Shown here: one piece after another, positions 44,700 to 56,699 of the stretch
How the letters are laid out: the number at the start of each line of letters is the position of its first letter
Numbering within the stretch: the stretch's first letter is position 1
Source of the DNA: Amphiscolops sp. MND2022
Lineage: Eukaryota
Reading direction: 5' to 3'
Assembly: GCA_964187785.1 (NCBI GenBank)
Contig: OZ076414.1
Coordinates: 65,472,001 to 65,536,000 of the forward strand
DNA: 64,000 bases
Made by a program: the position numbers and the translations under genes
The notes under the pieces: generated by a model
The model's input: the letters and a program-made list of their open reading frames with translations, nothing else
Told to the model about the DNA's origin: nothing
Database searches by the model: none

Positions 44700-44732
44700 T
44701 GGTGTTGTACATTATAAAATTACTTTTGTAAA

Positions 44733-45339
44733 ACATTTATACATTATAATTGAATTTTTTTTTCAACTCAAACATGATTTTTTCCTCAACACACAGTAGT
44801 CAAGTAATGAGCTAAACCTTTATGGCGGATAAATTATTCCGCAGGCGGATAAAATATTACGGTGGCGGATAAAATATTCCGCAGGCGGATAAAATATTGC
44901 GGGGGCGGGTAAACTTATTCCCGCCGGCAGTCGTGGCCACCAAAAAATCAATTTTTACCCAAAGTCTCACAGTGCCGAAAATGTCGCACAGTGCCGAAAA
45001 ACCCTATTCCCTACCTTAAAACATTACCGAAGCTATTCCCTATCTTTATACATTGAACACATCTTTATACATTGACAATCACTCGGCTCAATACCTTAAT
45101 ACATTGAGTCAAGTCGTCAGAATCGTGCAAAAGTACACGACTCGAGTCGTCAGCCAATCAGAATCGAGCACGAAAAACCCAAGACGAGTCGTCAGCCAAT
45201 CAGAATCGAGCAAAAATTAGCCCAAGCTTGTAAGGGGGTGGAAGACCTTTCTCGGCTCTCGGCTCGCAATAGCCTATGTTAAAACATGTGGGTCTTCCAC
45301 CCCCCCCCCCTCACCTGAGCAGCTTCTACTCTTACTACT
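44733..45339 (-). repeat. Polinton right TIR
   Basis: Inverted copy of 29434-30039. Confidence 0.95.
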
Positions 45340-45889
45340 TACATATATTCCCAGCAACACTAAACAGTCGTTCAGCAATATTCGACGTGCCGATAATATC
45401 TTGATTATTGAAATATTGGACTTTTTTCCGAACTTGTTTTGAAAGCGCCCTTTCGGCTAGAGAAGTATTATTAGGAAGGACTAATACTTCAGAAGAATCA
45501 TTGATGCGCCTAAGTTTTGAGAGAGAAATTGTTTCTTCGTGAGAAAAAACTGTTGATCCTCCTTGTAATTTTGCAATTGCAACTTCGAACTCTTTACTGT
45601 GAACGATATCTGCGTCGGAACAAAGATAGCTTCTCATCGATGAGTTTTCGGCTATAACCCCATCAAAAAGACACCGAATTTCATGCAAATTTCGTATTGA
45701 GTTTTGTAGAGATTGTGTAACTGACTCAAAATCCTGTAAAATTGACGATAGTTCTTTAATTCTCTTATGATCAGCAGGACCCAGCTTCCGTTTGACTGTG
45801 CATCCTGGATATTTGCAAATGAAATAGCTTTCATTCTCCTTATCTTTCTCAAAAAACCGATCTACGTAATGTTTATTGGTTATCGACAT
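45340..45889 (-). pseudogene. 5' part of internally deleted hAT transposase
   Basis: Truncated BED-like CKYPGC, then FESVTQSLQ..LHEIRCLFDGVI and TSNIAERLFSVAG (hAT dimerisation domain). The RNase H core is largely missing. Confidence 0.85.
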
Positions 45890-47233
45890 TATTTAAAGCG
45901 AGCTCAAACTGAATCCAGAGAAATGAGAAAATGCAAGGTTAATACGTAAATCAAACACACTTAACTAGTTAACTAGCTTCAGCTACACAAAACACGTGAA
46001 CAAATTTCACGTGAACAGATTTCATGATTCACGTTAGACGAGCTTGCCGGTGCCTGCCCGTTTTCAATCCCCTTGCTAGATTGGTTGCTCACTTACGACA
46101 ATGCTGCTAGCCTGACAGTAGAAGAAAATTAAATTATCTAGATTACCAGTTAGTTAGGCCAAATAGATAATCTTTGTTTACTTTGTTTTAAATGTCGATT
46201 ATCTTATTTATCGTTATCTAGATAATCTTTGCTAAGATAGTCTTTTTTACACCCCTGTCGATGTAAGAAGTTAATGCATTTCGAACTGTGGTTCGGATTT
46301 CGTATTTCGAGCGGTCAAACTTTTGAAGCGTTCGACTGTTTCTGACACCAAGTTGTGCTCTGTCGGCGACTGTGCAATTGGCCGACTGGATCGAATATGA
46401 TTGATTTTAATTGAAAATTTTCTCAAATTCGTTATGCAACTAATATGCATCAAATCAAAAGTCAAATGTTCAATGAAAAATTGTTTGTGAACGCGCCCAC
46501 TATTTTTCCTCAAGAGATACAAAAAAATGACATTGAATGAAGTTCAGCTTCATTTCTTGATCCCTATGAAACCTAATTTCATTCTTTTTCTGAATCATAA
46601 ACTCCATCATCACGCTGCCCTGGAGGTATTCATTCGGCCGATTGCTCAGTCGGCCAATAGCGCCGTCGACCAATTGACCTAGCACCGTGCTATACCATAC
46701 CCAGTGATAACTGAGTGACTCACTCATGTTAGCTCATGACGTCATTTTTCTATTCAACTTTGAACGTTTCGAAAGAGTGAGTTTACGTTACGTTATTTAA
46801 CACCTGTGCTGCAGCTCTTTGTTGACAACATATGCAAGATTGATTGAATTCCAGATGCTCAGCGAAAACACGATTTTCCATACTCACCACTATCTGATAT
46901 GTACCCTTTTTCACTCGCTTGTTTGTCACAACTTGATTTGAACAGTTTGTCGATTGAACAAAACATTTTTTTGCTTTCGCCCATTTAGATTGTGATTATG
47001 TTGAAAGTTAAATGCTTTTAGTGATTCAAAACAAGAAGCTGTTGATTGTGTCATCAAAACAAAGTTTGTATCTGGATTAAAAATTGTCATTCTGAAAAAA
47101 ATGGAAGGTTTATGATTATATTTCAAGTCTTGTCGGTCTGATATTTTCACTAAATTTGAACAAGTGAGGGGGGGGGAAATGAACCGAAGTTACATTTTGC
47201 TCAAAAATCCCAAAACTGTTCAGCGTTTTTGAC

Positions 47234-47921
47234 AACAAGCCGGGACCGGCCCAAGTCGGCGCCATATCCAAGGCTCAAAAATAGCAAAAAGACTTCCAAG
47301 TGTCAAGTACTCTTTTACAGTCGAAATTTTTACTCTTTTTAAATCGAAATTTTTTGAAAAAAAATTTTTCGAAAAAATTACATACTCAAAAAAATGGACC
47401 GAGTGGCGCGCCGTGGCTCGCTAGCGCGAGCCCCTGGCGCGCTAAAGTCTCACAATGCCGAAAAACTGAAAGGGGGGACCCTTTGAGGTTTTTCAACATC
47501 CATTCTGTCGCAAAACATGAAAAAATTGAAAACAAAAATTTTCATTTTTGGGAAAAAATCTCACAATGCCGAAAAAAAACTGAAAGGGGGGACCCTTTGG
47601 GATTTTTCAGCATCCATTCTGTCGCAAAACATCAAAAAAATGCAGGGGGGACCCTTTGGGGAAAATTTTTTTTTCGAAAAAAAGTCTCGCAGTGCCGAAA
47701 AAAATGAAAGGGGGGAGTCTTTGGTCTCGCCCGGTATGGTATGTTACGCGGAAAAACAGGAAAAACCTTTTTGGTTCAGTTCGCCAGACCAAATAGTGCA
47801 TTTTGATGCAATAATATTTTGTAGAACTTTTGTAGAACTATTTTGGTCAGTTCGTGTGGATAGAAAAAAAAAAGAGTCACTATAATAGTCGCGTTTCACT
47901 TCATGAAGCGCCGACTAAAAA
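47234..47921 (+). mobile_element. Helentron/DINE-like repeat (copy 5)
   Basis: AACAAGCCGGGACCGGCCCAAGTCGGCGCC ... GAAGCGCCGACTAAAAA, with internal tandem AAAGTCTCACAATGCCGAAAAAACTGAAAGGGGGGACCC units. Confidence 0.65.
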
Positions 47922-48087
47922 CCATCTCACTGAGAAACCAAATGATTGCGATGAGACTTTTGAACGTTTCATCATTAAAAGAATCAATTTCGCATCAAAA
48001 AATTTCACTTTTGCAGGTAATTTTGATTGCCTGAGGACAATGAACATAATTTGACACCGTTTCCTGACTTGCAACGTTTAACCAACG

Positions 48088-48337
48088 ATGACGTCACATG
48101 TTATAATTCTCACTCTGTTGTTATTTGTGATGAGAGGAGCGGTTTCAATGAATGGAGCGTTCAGAAAGGCGGTTTTGAGCAGTCACAATTCTTACCGACA
48201 AAAAGCTGGGCTACTTCCTCTCGTATGGAGCAACAAACTTGCAAATGACATGAAAGACTCGAAGACCGTGAGAAAGATAAGAGATACACTTCCCAACAGG
48301 ACAGACAGCGAATATCTTGATAAGTTTATTGATAACG
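48088..48337 (+). CDS. Probable first exon of a secreted CAP (SCP/PR-1) family protein
   Basis: Signal-peptide-like MTSHVIILTLLLFVMRGAVS, CAP motif LSSHNSYRQKAGLLPLVWSNKLA, donor G|GTGAGT at 48338. Confidence 0.5.
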
Positions 48338-48899
48338 GTGAGTTTTGTTGTCGGTGTCCCTCAGAAGCTTTTTAAAAAATCTAGATGAATACGCAACTAC
48401 CCAAGCTAAGAAAACTCGAGAAAACTGTTAAACGTTCTTTGACATCGAGTACCTCACCGATTTTGGACTATGCCGAATAGTTTCCGTTAAAAAACAAGCA
48501 GTAATTGACCGCCTAATAAAAATAGTTTACGGCAATTCAAGCGTACAGAAACACGCTTTGGTAGTGGAAAGTTGGAAGTATTTGTAAAAATGCACAATGG
48601 AGGGTTTGAGGCATTTTACATTTTATTGGTCTCTCAAACACAAAAATGTTGTTTTGGTGGGTAAGCCAATCTACTTGCTGTTACTGTTTATTTTTCCCCA
48701 GTTGTCGCTCTATTGACTCATGTTTATCAACAGAGATGCCAAGTTGTAACAACTCCGGATGAAGACGATAGTTACAAAATCCAGTCGAATACGTTCAAGA
48801 ATTACAAAATACAGTTCCAAATAAAAAATACCAACACAATCGAATCTGCGTTTCAGTCAGCTGCGTCAGGCAGAATTCAACTTTGCTGAAGTTTCAACT

Positions 48900-50150
48900 T
48901 CAACAAAATCTGAAATTCAACACTTGTCAGTAAATCCATTACTTATCTCCTCTGAATCCGGAGCGAGTGGTAACACAATCTTTAAGAGAAGTATCTTCCC
49001 TCCGCGAGACTCAACTTGCTCCTAGGGTTTTAACTTTTGGATTCCGTTTTGGTTCCCTGCAAGGTAAATTTGTTCATCGCACGTACTCCTTGTGATTTCA
49101 TTTTCACATTCCGTTTTACTTGACACAATACTGGTCGTGTGTTTCTTTATTGTTTTGTGGCATAGCCCCTCCTAGTAGCTATGCTTCGACGAGTCAGTTT
49201 TAGCGTCTGATACATTCCAACAACCTGTCCGAAGTGAGTATTTCATGACAATTGAAGTCTTGCATGATACTTCCGAAGGAGAAACGATCACCCAAGGACC
49301 TCGGTTACATGATATACATGTCCTATACAACTGAGGAGTCTTTTTCCGTAAATATGAACGCATGCACCGCGCATTTTATCACCAGGTGGAGATAAATATC
49401 ACGACGCGGATTTACACGTTTTAGAGTTTCTCCGCCTGATATGTGGTCGCCCCCTTGGATTGAGCTTGATGCTCGTTTGTGACCTCGGAGTGTTCGGCGT
49501 CGTCTAACGCTTCTAATTGCTAGGGTAACTAAAAGAACGATTTTCGAGTTACACGAGATCTTTACCTATGAACTCCTTTGCTCGGCAGCAACCGTCGACT
49601 TTCAGTATTTCGATTCGTTTGCGATAATACAAGCCTAGGTCAAAGGACTCTTTTCCAATGACCTCGTAGTTCCAGTCCCGTGGAACTGAAATAAACAATG
49701 ATCCGCGCGCTTCGAATCAATTAATGCGACTTTCATGTATTTACACAGGACATGTAGGTGAGTATCGTGGACAAGATTCTCTTTTCGTAGTGTAGATTGG
49801 TGAAGATTCAAATAACATTCGAGTGTTGTTCACATGGGGCCAATCATTCCCCTACGCAATTCCCAAAATAGACGCAACCTGTTTATTTATTTATGAGCCA
49901 TCAATTACATTAAAAAGTATATAACTTCGAGCTTTGCTGACGCTCCGAGGGCTGACCTAGTGCGTTTCCTGTACTTAGAGCCCGGTGCAGGAGGTTTTGA
50001 CGCGTTTTTGCGTTTCCAACTTTATAAACAAGTAAGGTAAGTGCTCATGTACACGTGTGCCCATGTTCGTGTCTTTTCGAGTAATAGTCTTCGAGAAACC
50101 CCATTCAGGGTGTTTGGAGATTAGTCACACTTGCTCGATAAGTTCTCAAT
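48900..50150 (-). mobile_element. Very degenerate Copia-like RT/RNase H remnant
   Basis: Weak collinear traces (SFDLG; RRDIY; LLGGAM..K.T; TSIVSSKTECE) resembling KDLG, TRPDI, GGAISW.SKKQ and VALSSTEAEY. Confidence 0.35.
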
Positions 50151-51276
50151 TCTAAAACTTTCTGCAGAAAAATTAAAAGGGAAGTTAAAATTGCTCTAAT
50201 GGATCAATCAGCTTTGACCGATTCATTTAATTACATCGCTGTTGTAAATCCGCAATCTCTATCTGAAGTGATTAAAAGTATCGTCTAAGTGAACTCCAGG
50301 TTTGCCAAATAAGCATTTGCACAACTCACTAATTGCAGCTTTTTTAGCCGCTTTTATTAAACCAGCGAAACTAGGAACGTAATGCAAAGAGTTCTGTTTC
50401 GCTTCTCGGTCTGGCGCAAAAAGAATTTTAAAAAACTCTAAAAATCAGTCAGCATTATGTTTCTTTTCATCAACTTCAAATAAAATGAAGCGTTTTATAT
50501 TCTTTTGTTTTCATATATTTATATATTTTTTATTCATATCTTCATCAATTTTTTTCATATTCTTCACAACTACCTTGACTCAACGACAGCATACAATGGT
50601 CTTGATTTTCAACGGAGTTTCCTAATAACTCTTTCAGTCAGTTTTGATATTTCCAGCAACTGAGGGACACGTAATGCAGAACTCACATGTACCGATGCAG
50701 CTGTGAAAATGGCAGGGGAACAATCTTTCTTTGAGGAAAGTTACCTGTTGGCATCAATGCATTTGTTGACTCAGGTTTTTATAACAAGTAAAATGAAAAT
50801 CAACTGGAGAAAAGCACCTTTCTAAGTAAAATATGAACATATATGTCTTGCTTAACGGAACGAAACAGAAAAAACCCCAAGTTTAAAAAGGTGGTGAAAG
50901 TCAGAGACACAAAGCCTACGGAAGAACCATTAGGGCTTGAAAAACTTCAAACATCAGAAAGCATTAGATGGCGAATTCGTCCTAAAATCAATTTTTGTCT
51001 GATACGTTGCAGACTGTGGAAAGAAGTATAATTGACGAAGCTTTCCATATCATATTTCGTTTTTCGGAAAAAAAAGTTGGTCAGGCGCAAATACAGCCTG
51101 AAAAGTCGAGCCCCATCCTCACTCTTCACGCTGCGAAGTCCACCTCTAGATCAGGCCGCAAGAAAAGTGAGGATGACAACGAATGAGAAGATTTATTGTA
51201 GAATCCTAACGGAACTACGAGACGTTTTGTCAAAAGAGCTTTTGACAGTATTAGAAATTGACCATTTAGATATAGT

Positions 51277-53932
51277 TGTTGTTGTTGTTTATTGCTGTTG
51301 TATCATATGAATTAAATAGTACCAGTAACATCGTAAATCATCTACTTTGAAAGTAATCCAGTTTCACCATATGGTCGCAATAAAAATTGACTCATGCTCC
51401 GCTGTCCCTTCTCTCCTAAACAGATCGAACAGAATTATTCTGAATTTTATTCAAAAGAACATTTATACTTCAACATGGCGCTGCATGCCGAACCTACGAT
51501 AAGGGGCGTCACAGCCAGCAATTGCGGGTCTACCCAGCTCTTGCGCTGGTGCATCAGAAGCACCACAACTTGAGTGGGAAAAATAGATTCGCGGTCGGAT
51601 TTATGGCAAAGAACAATATTTCTATATCCGAGTTGACCAAAACTACGGGAACGAAAGATAGAATCTCAGTGGGCGATATGGTTGAAACACCAGCGACGAA
51701 AAAGCAATCCGTGTACTGTTCTTGGCCTTGGGAGCAGCAGCTCGAAAAACAACCGCCGATAAACTTCCAACAACCAAAATCGTGAGGGTAAGCCTAACTG
51801 ACTTAATCAAAACTTGCAAAATTGTTTCAGTAGGCCAAAGAACGAAATATTGGACAGAAGTATTGCCTCATTTTTGGAACAAGTTCATTGAGCTGGCTCC
51901 AAAGTATATCTTTGGCGGAATAATGGAAGGTAATGTGAAAGACGTCTGCATCGTGTACATGATCAACAAGAAGTTCAGAAGAAACTCTGTACTGAACCAA
52001 AAAGAGCAGTAGCCGAAATAATCCAAATCGCCATCGTCTCTGGAGAAGGCACATCAGACTCCAGAAAATGGAGAAGCCCAGCCTTAAAACAGAAGTAATG
52101 AAAGCAAGCAACATTAATCAAGTAGCAAAACGACGTCTAGCAAAAACAAGCCGGGAACGGCCCAAGTCGGCGCCATATCTAAGGCTCAAAAATAGCAAAA
52201 GGACTTCAAAGTGTCAAGTATTCTCTTCTACAGTACCCGCGTGAGAAAAAATTTGAAAAAATCCGATTTTTTTTGAATTTTTTTTCGAAATTTTTTTTGT
52301 CTCCGGTAAGTCGCATAGTGCCGAAAAATTGTAAAAGGGGCCCTTTGGGAGTTTTTGATCACATTCTTTTGCAAAATAGAAAAAAAAATGAAGGGTGGAC
52401 CCTTTGGAGACATTAAAAAAATTTGCGAAAAAAGTCTCACAAAACCGAAAAAAACCTGCACAAAAAAATTTGATCAAGGACGGGACTCGAACCCACGTCC
52501 TTCTGCTTGGCAGACCTCAAAAAGCTTTATTAACCTCTATGCCAAGTGCCAGCAGTGATAGCTAGCGTTGCAGTTACTGTTAGTGCAGTAAAGTCAGCTC
52601 AGCTATTTATAACTCTTTATAAAATCTGTCAGTTCGTTGGTCTTAAAAAAAAGAAGTCACTACGATAGTCTGCGTTTTTCTTCGAAAAGCGCCGACTAAA
52701 AAGGAAAGAGAGGAAATGCTTAAGATGTGAAGGGCATTTTACTCCATAATATTTCAGAAAATGTAAATCCTTCGCAGTGAATGTGTTTTAAGGGCGTAAA
52801 AGGCAAAAACTAGAATAATGAGGACCGTCGCAAAAAGCAAAAAAAAGTAGCTAAACCACCTTAAAAAAGTCAGAGACTTGACGAGTGGGGTGAAAACAGC
52901 AGCGATAATGAATCAGTGGTCGATAAAAACAAAATAGTACTGATGATTGAAGGAGATGAAAACGGACAATTCAGAATGTTTGGGAAAAAAGAAATCAAAT
53001 TAAAAGAATAGTTGACTCGGTGTCACCTGTCACAATATTCGAAATCGATGAAAAAAAAAGAAGATAATGAAATGGCAGACATCTTTCATCTCAGAACTGC
53101 CCGAAGATGAACAATATGTCGACTTCAACGGGCGGAAACTCAACATACTGATTTATATTTTTTGTCCACTGGAAGTAGGCGGAAGTAACCTTCAGAAGGC
53201 ACGAGTTTTGGTTGTGAGAAGGAACGAAGTCACTGATTGGACGAGGTTGGCTCAATTCTTTCAACTGCAAGTTTGTCTCAACCAATCAGGAAATAAGTAA
53301 TCACGTTCTTCAGTTCTCCATAGAAATAGTACAAATTGCAAACAACCAAACAAATTAGTCAAACAAAGTGAAAGGGCAAACGAAGAAAAAGAGGACACTG
53401 AGAACTATAGCAATGGAAGAACAATATAGAGACTTGTTCAAACGTCAAGGACGATTAATTGTTGCAACAAAATTCAAAAATAACTCAGCAAAAGTGTAGA
53501 AGAATCAGTGCAAGAAGAAACAGAGAGATTAATGGCAAAAGGACATGTAGAACTCATTACAGGAGTAACTGTTAAGTTAAAGAATTCATACAACCAGAGT
53601 GACAACGGTGAAAACATATTATAAGTGTGAGCAAAGCACTTGACGCACGGGCACTAAGTAATGAACCAGTGGAAGACAAATACCAAATTAGGCGAACTGA
53701 CAGTAGCTGACCTTGGCCCTTCAGATATTGTTGTCGTTGTTTATTGATGTTGTATCACTTGACGTAAATAGTACCAGCAACATCGTAAACCATCTAGCTT
53801 CAAGCTGATCCAGTTTCACTACTTGGTCTTGGTAATTATAGTTTCTTGCTTTGCTCTCCCTTGTTTCCTAAACAGATAGAATAGAGTAGAGTTATTCTGA
53901 CTCTTATTTAGAAGAATTATCAAACTTCAACA
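51277..53932 (+). mobile_element. Old internally deleted LTR retrotransposon, possibly BEL/Pao
   Basis: Two diverged ~200-bp TG...CA direct repeats (51277-51475, 53729-53932). The first is followed by PBS-like TGGCGC. Internal HFWNKFIELAPKY resembles the BEL integrase tail. No TSD found. Confidence 0.45.
52145..52702 (+). mobile_element. Helentron/DINE-like repeat (copy 6)
   Basis: Same termini as copies 1, 4 and 5; inserted in an A-run. Confidence 0.65.
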
Positions 53933-53949
53933 TTTTTGCTCCTTTGCTA

Positions 53950-54830
53950 TTTTCGAGTTTTCAGCGGCGCGACGCCTTATGCCGTTCCTGGTTTGTTTCA
54001 CATTTCATTTTCATCATCACCATCTGTTACGACTATTTACCGGAATTGTTTTAGAGTTAGTCGCAGTTTTTGTTTTAACAGGTGTTGACGTCCTAGCAAA
54101 GGAGATGTTTTCAGGTTCAGAATCAGTATCCTGGTCACTCGCGGGAAGGGGGCGTTTTCTACTAAAGGTGCTATCAGTTTAAGCATTTCCTTTTGTTTCT
54201 CAGCTAATTTTTTTGTCACATTAGAGTGCATACGCAAGCTTAATTTGCTCAAAACACAACTTTGTGCTTTCAATACCTCGGATTCCAAGACCATACCTTT
54301 AACCGTGCAAAATTGGCAAATTACGTCATAAGTCCCGGATTCCATGGATTTTATCGTGGATTCCGGTAACAAATGCTTAGCTACACGACTGTCGGCATGC
54401 CGCTATGTCCCGTATTCCACAAAAACGAAAGTGACAGCAGTATTGGCGTGGTTTATAGCAGTAGAATTGGCGTGGAGTCCAGGACAAGCACTGTCGTGGA
54501 ATCCAAGACACGCTCAACATCAAAGAGGAATTTTGTCCGGGATTCCACGACTTTTCTCATTTTCGTGTCCCGGATTCCACGACAAGCAGCAAAATAGCTT
54601 GCCTATGCACTGTAAGGCAGATCAGATAGAATCTCTTTTCTCAAAGACGTTTTTATCTCGTCTAAGTTTTCTGGTTCAGTCTTGAGAGTTTTCTAGAACT
54701 TGCGAAAGAATCCTCAGACGGGATATCTCCGGCTACGGAGGTTTCAAAATCTCCAGAAACTAGCTCAGCTACAGCTCTTCTATTTTGGCATCTAGTTGTC
54801 ATTTTTTCTGGTCAGGAAAAATCAAAGTCT
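53950..54830 (-). pseudogene. Degenerate ORF (probable retrotransposon leader/gag-like) split by a MITE
   Basis: PENLDEIKTSLRKEILSDL on one side of the MITE and KKLAEKQKEMLKLIAP on the other read as one coiled-coil segment. Confidence 0.35.
54224..54612. mobile_element. TA-target MITE
   Basis: TIRs GAGTGCATACGCAAGCT / AGCTTGCCTATGCACTG. TA at 54222-54223 and 54613-54614. Internal GGATTCCACGA repeats. Confidence 0.75.
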
Positions 54831-56005
54831 TCGTCAAATGTTGAATTCTTCGAAGAAGATTCTTTGTTGTTATTTCAACGGAACGTTTTTAGTACAAGCA
54901 GAATTACAAAACTAACTAAAACTTTACATGTGTTTTTCCTATATATACCTTTCCAGCATCATTTGTTCCTCACCTAAAAACAAATAGGTATAACAAAAAT
55001 GGGGTTTGTTCGTCAAAAAAGGCTAATGATTCAAATCATTTCATTCCCGCGTCAAAAAAATAGGTATCGAAATTCTTGGTTGCGTCGCTATTCCGTAAAA
55101 TTTGTTGATATCATTTTGTTCAGGCAATTTCATTTCCTGTTTGAGTTTCAATTTTGCGGCAAAAGAAAAGTCTAGCTGATATTTTTATTGACGGAGGCAC
55201 GCCGGCGTGATCAATTAGTCACTTCCCAAGTTAGGAAATTAATGTTCGAAGCAAAAGTATGAGACTCAAAAATATCGAAGGAAAAAAGGGGAGTAAAAGA
55301 ATTCGAAAAAATGGGAGATATCTAAATGCTGGAAATGGAACAAACGATCCTAAAAGACATATCACAACTATCAACTCAAACAAGTAATCATCATACTTTT
55401 AACAATAGTATGGAATAAACTCAAACATCAACAAATAGAACGGAGACGGCCCGTTTGTGTAAAACAATATCACTATCAAAATTAGAAAGCAGTATAGAAT
55501 ATTCAGTTATCAAATGCAAGCAGCAAACTAGCATCAAATTAGTAGCATCTCTTGATTGCATAGGTGGCGCAAACTCAGGGAAATTGCAAGGGGACATTTT
55601 AGATAAATGAATTGATCTTACGTTGCATCTTCGGACTTATTGTCGAAAATATATCTTGCATCAGATAAAACTAATGAATTGGTGCCCTCCTGTCAATGAA
55701 TTAATTGCAACGTAAGTCAATCGTGTTCACCCTTGGCATCATCAAATTATTACATCAGTTTTTCTTACAGTACAACTCATCTTGCATGGAAACCTATTCT
55801 AAATATCACTTAAATGTGTCGGTTCAAAAATGGAATATTCATTTTTGGAATTCGTTTGATTCAATGCTTTATGGCCATGATTTCACAATTCGCTCCGTAG
55901 TCGCTCCGTACGTAATAAGATTAGTTATGGTTGAGCAGCAGTAGCATACGGAGAGAGAGAGCGGAGAGCGGTGGCGAGTTCGTTCTTATTTCTCATTCAA
56001 CTGGC

Positions 56006-56019
56006 GTTGCCACGGCAAC
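56006..56019. promoter_or_regulatory. RFX X-box-like palindrome
   Basis: GTTGCCACGGCAAC is one base from the canonical GTTGCCATGGCAAC. An inverted CCAAT lies ~15 bp downstream. Confidence 0.35.
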
Positions 56020-56699
56020 TGAGAACAATTCTATTGGCTTGAGCTCAAATAATTCAGTTAGGGGACGACGCAATTGGTCTGTAAAAATAGAAACACCTAC
56101 TACCTAATCTAGTTGAGTGACGCCGTCATAACGTTGTAAACTTTTGCTTAAGTTGCTTGAGTGTATTCTTCAGCGAATATTGACAACTACCTAAATGTTG
56201 GGAAAAACAATTGCACTATGCTGTTTGTATGTTTTTTTCATTTTATATCGTATGAACTCTCGAAGTTAATTGTTTTCAAAGTTTCACTTTAGTGTGGAAA
56301 AAGAAAATGATCCCGTTCATAAAATGTTCCTGTTTTAAAACTTAGATTGGCATGATAAATTCAGAAGACAACACCAGAAATGAAAAAACCGTTATGCGTG
56401 AAAACATTAAACCGGAAGTTTTAGCTAGTCTAGAATCATTTTTGGTAAAATCCGTAAGGCTTACGTTGAAATTTTATTATAGGAAAAATCATTTACGAGT
56501 TATTTAGTTGTACTGTAAGTATTAATCAAGTTAGCTTACATTTTTGCTGCTCAATGGTACTTGCAGTAGTCGCGACCTCTTCCTCTGCCCAATATGTAAC
56601 AAAAGTTACAACCGCGACCGGGAGCGGGTCGTGACAGGGCCCCTATTGATGCGAAAGACGCGGGTAGTCTGTGGCAGTGCGGTGTTTCTTTAGTAACTT

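Larger units (their letters stand above)
29434..45339. mobile_element. Polinton/Maverick, ~15.9 kb, decayed
   Basis: AGTAGT...ACTACT termini, ~606-bp TIRs, 6-bp TSD TACATG/TACATA (5/6). pPolB, INT, ATPase, PRO and MCP all recognisable. Confidence 0.97.
29172..46257 (-). mobile_element. Internally deleted hAT element (~1.17 kb without the nested Polinton)
   Basis: TIRs CAGGGGTGTAAA (29172) / TTTACACCCCTG (to 46257). Perfect 8-bp TSD TCGATGTA at 29164-29171 and 46258-46265. Confidence 0.92.

Noticed and set aside
47300-47885. ORFs within the dispersed repeat (also 2684-3013, 16758-17331, 52214-52558)
   Set aside because: Lys/Phe-rich translations of A/T tracts in a non-coding repeat; frames are not conserved between copies.
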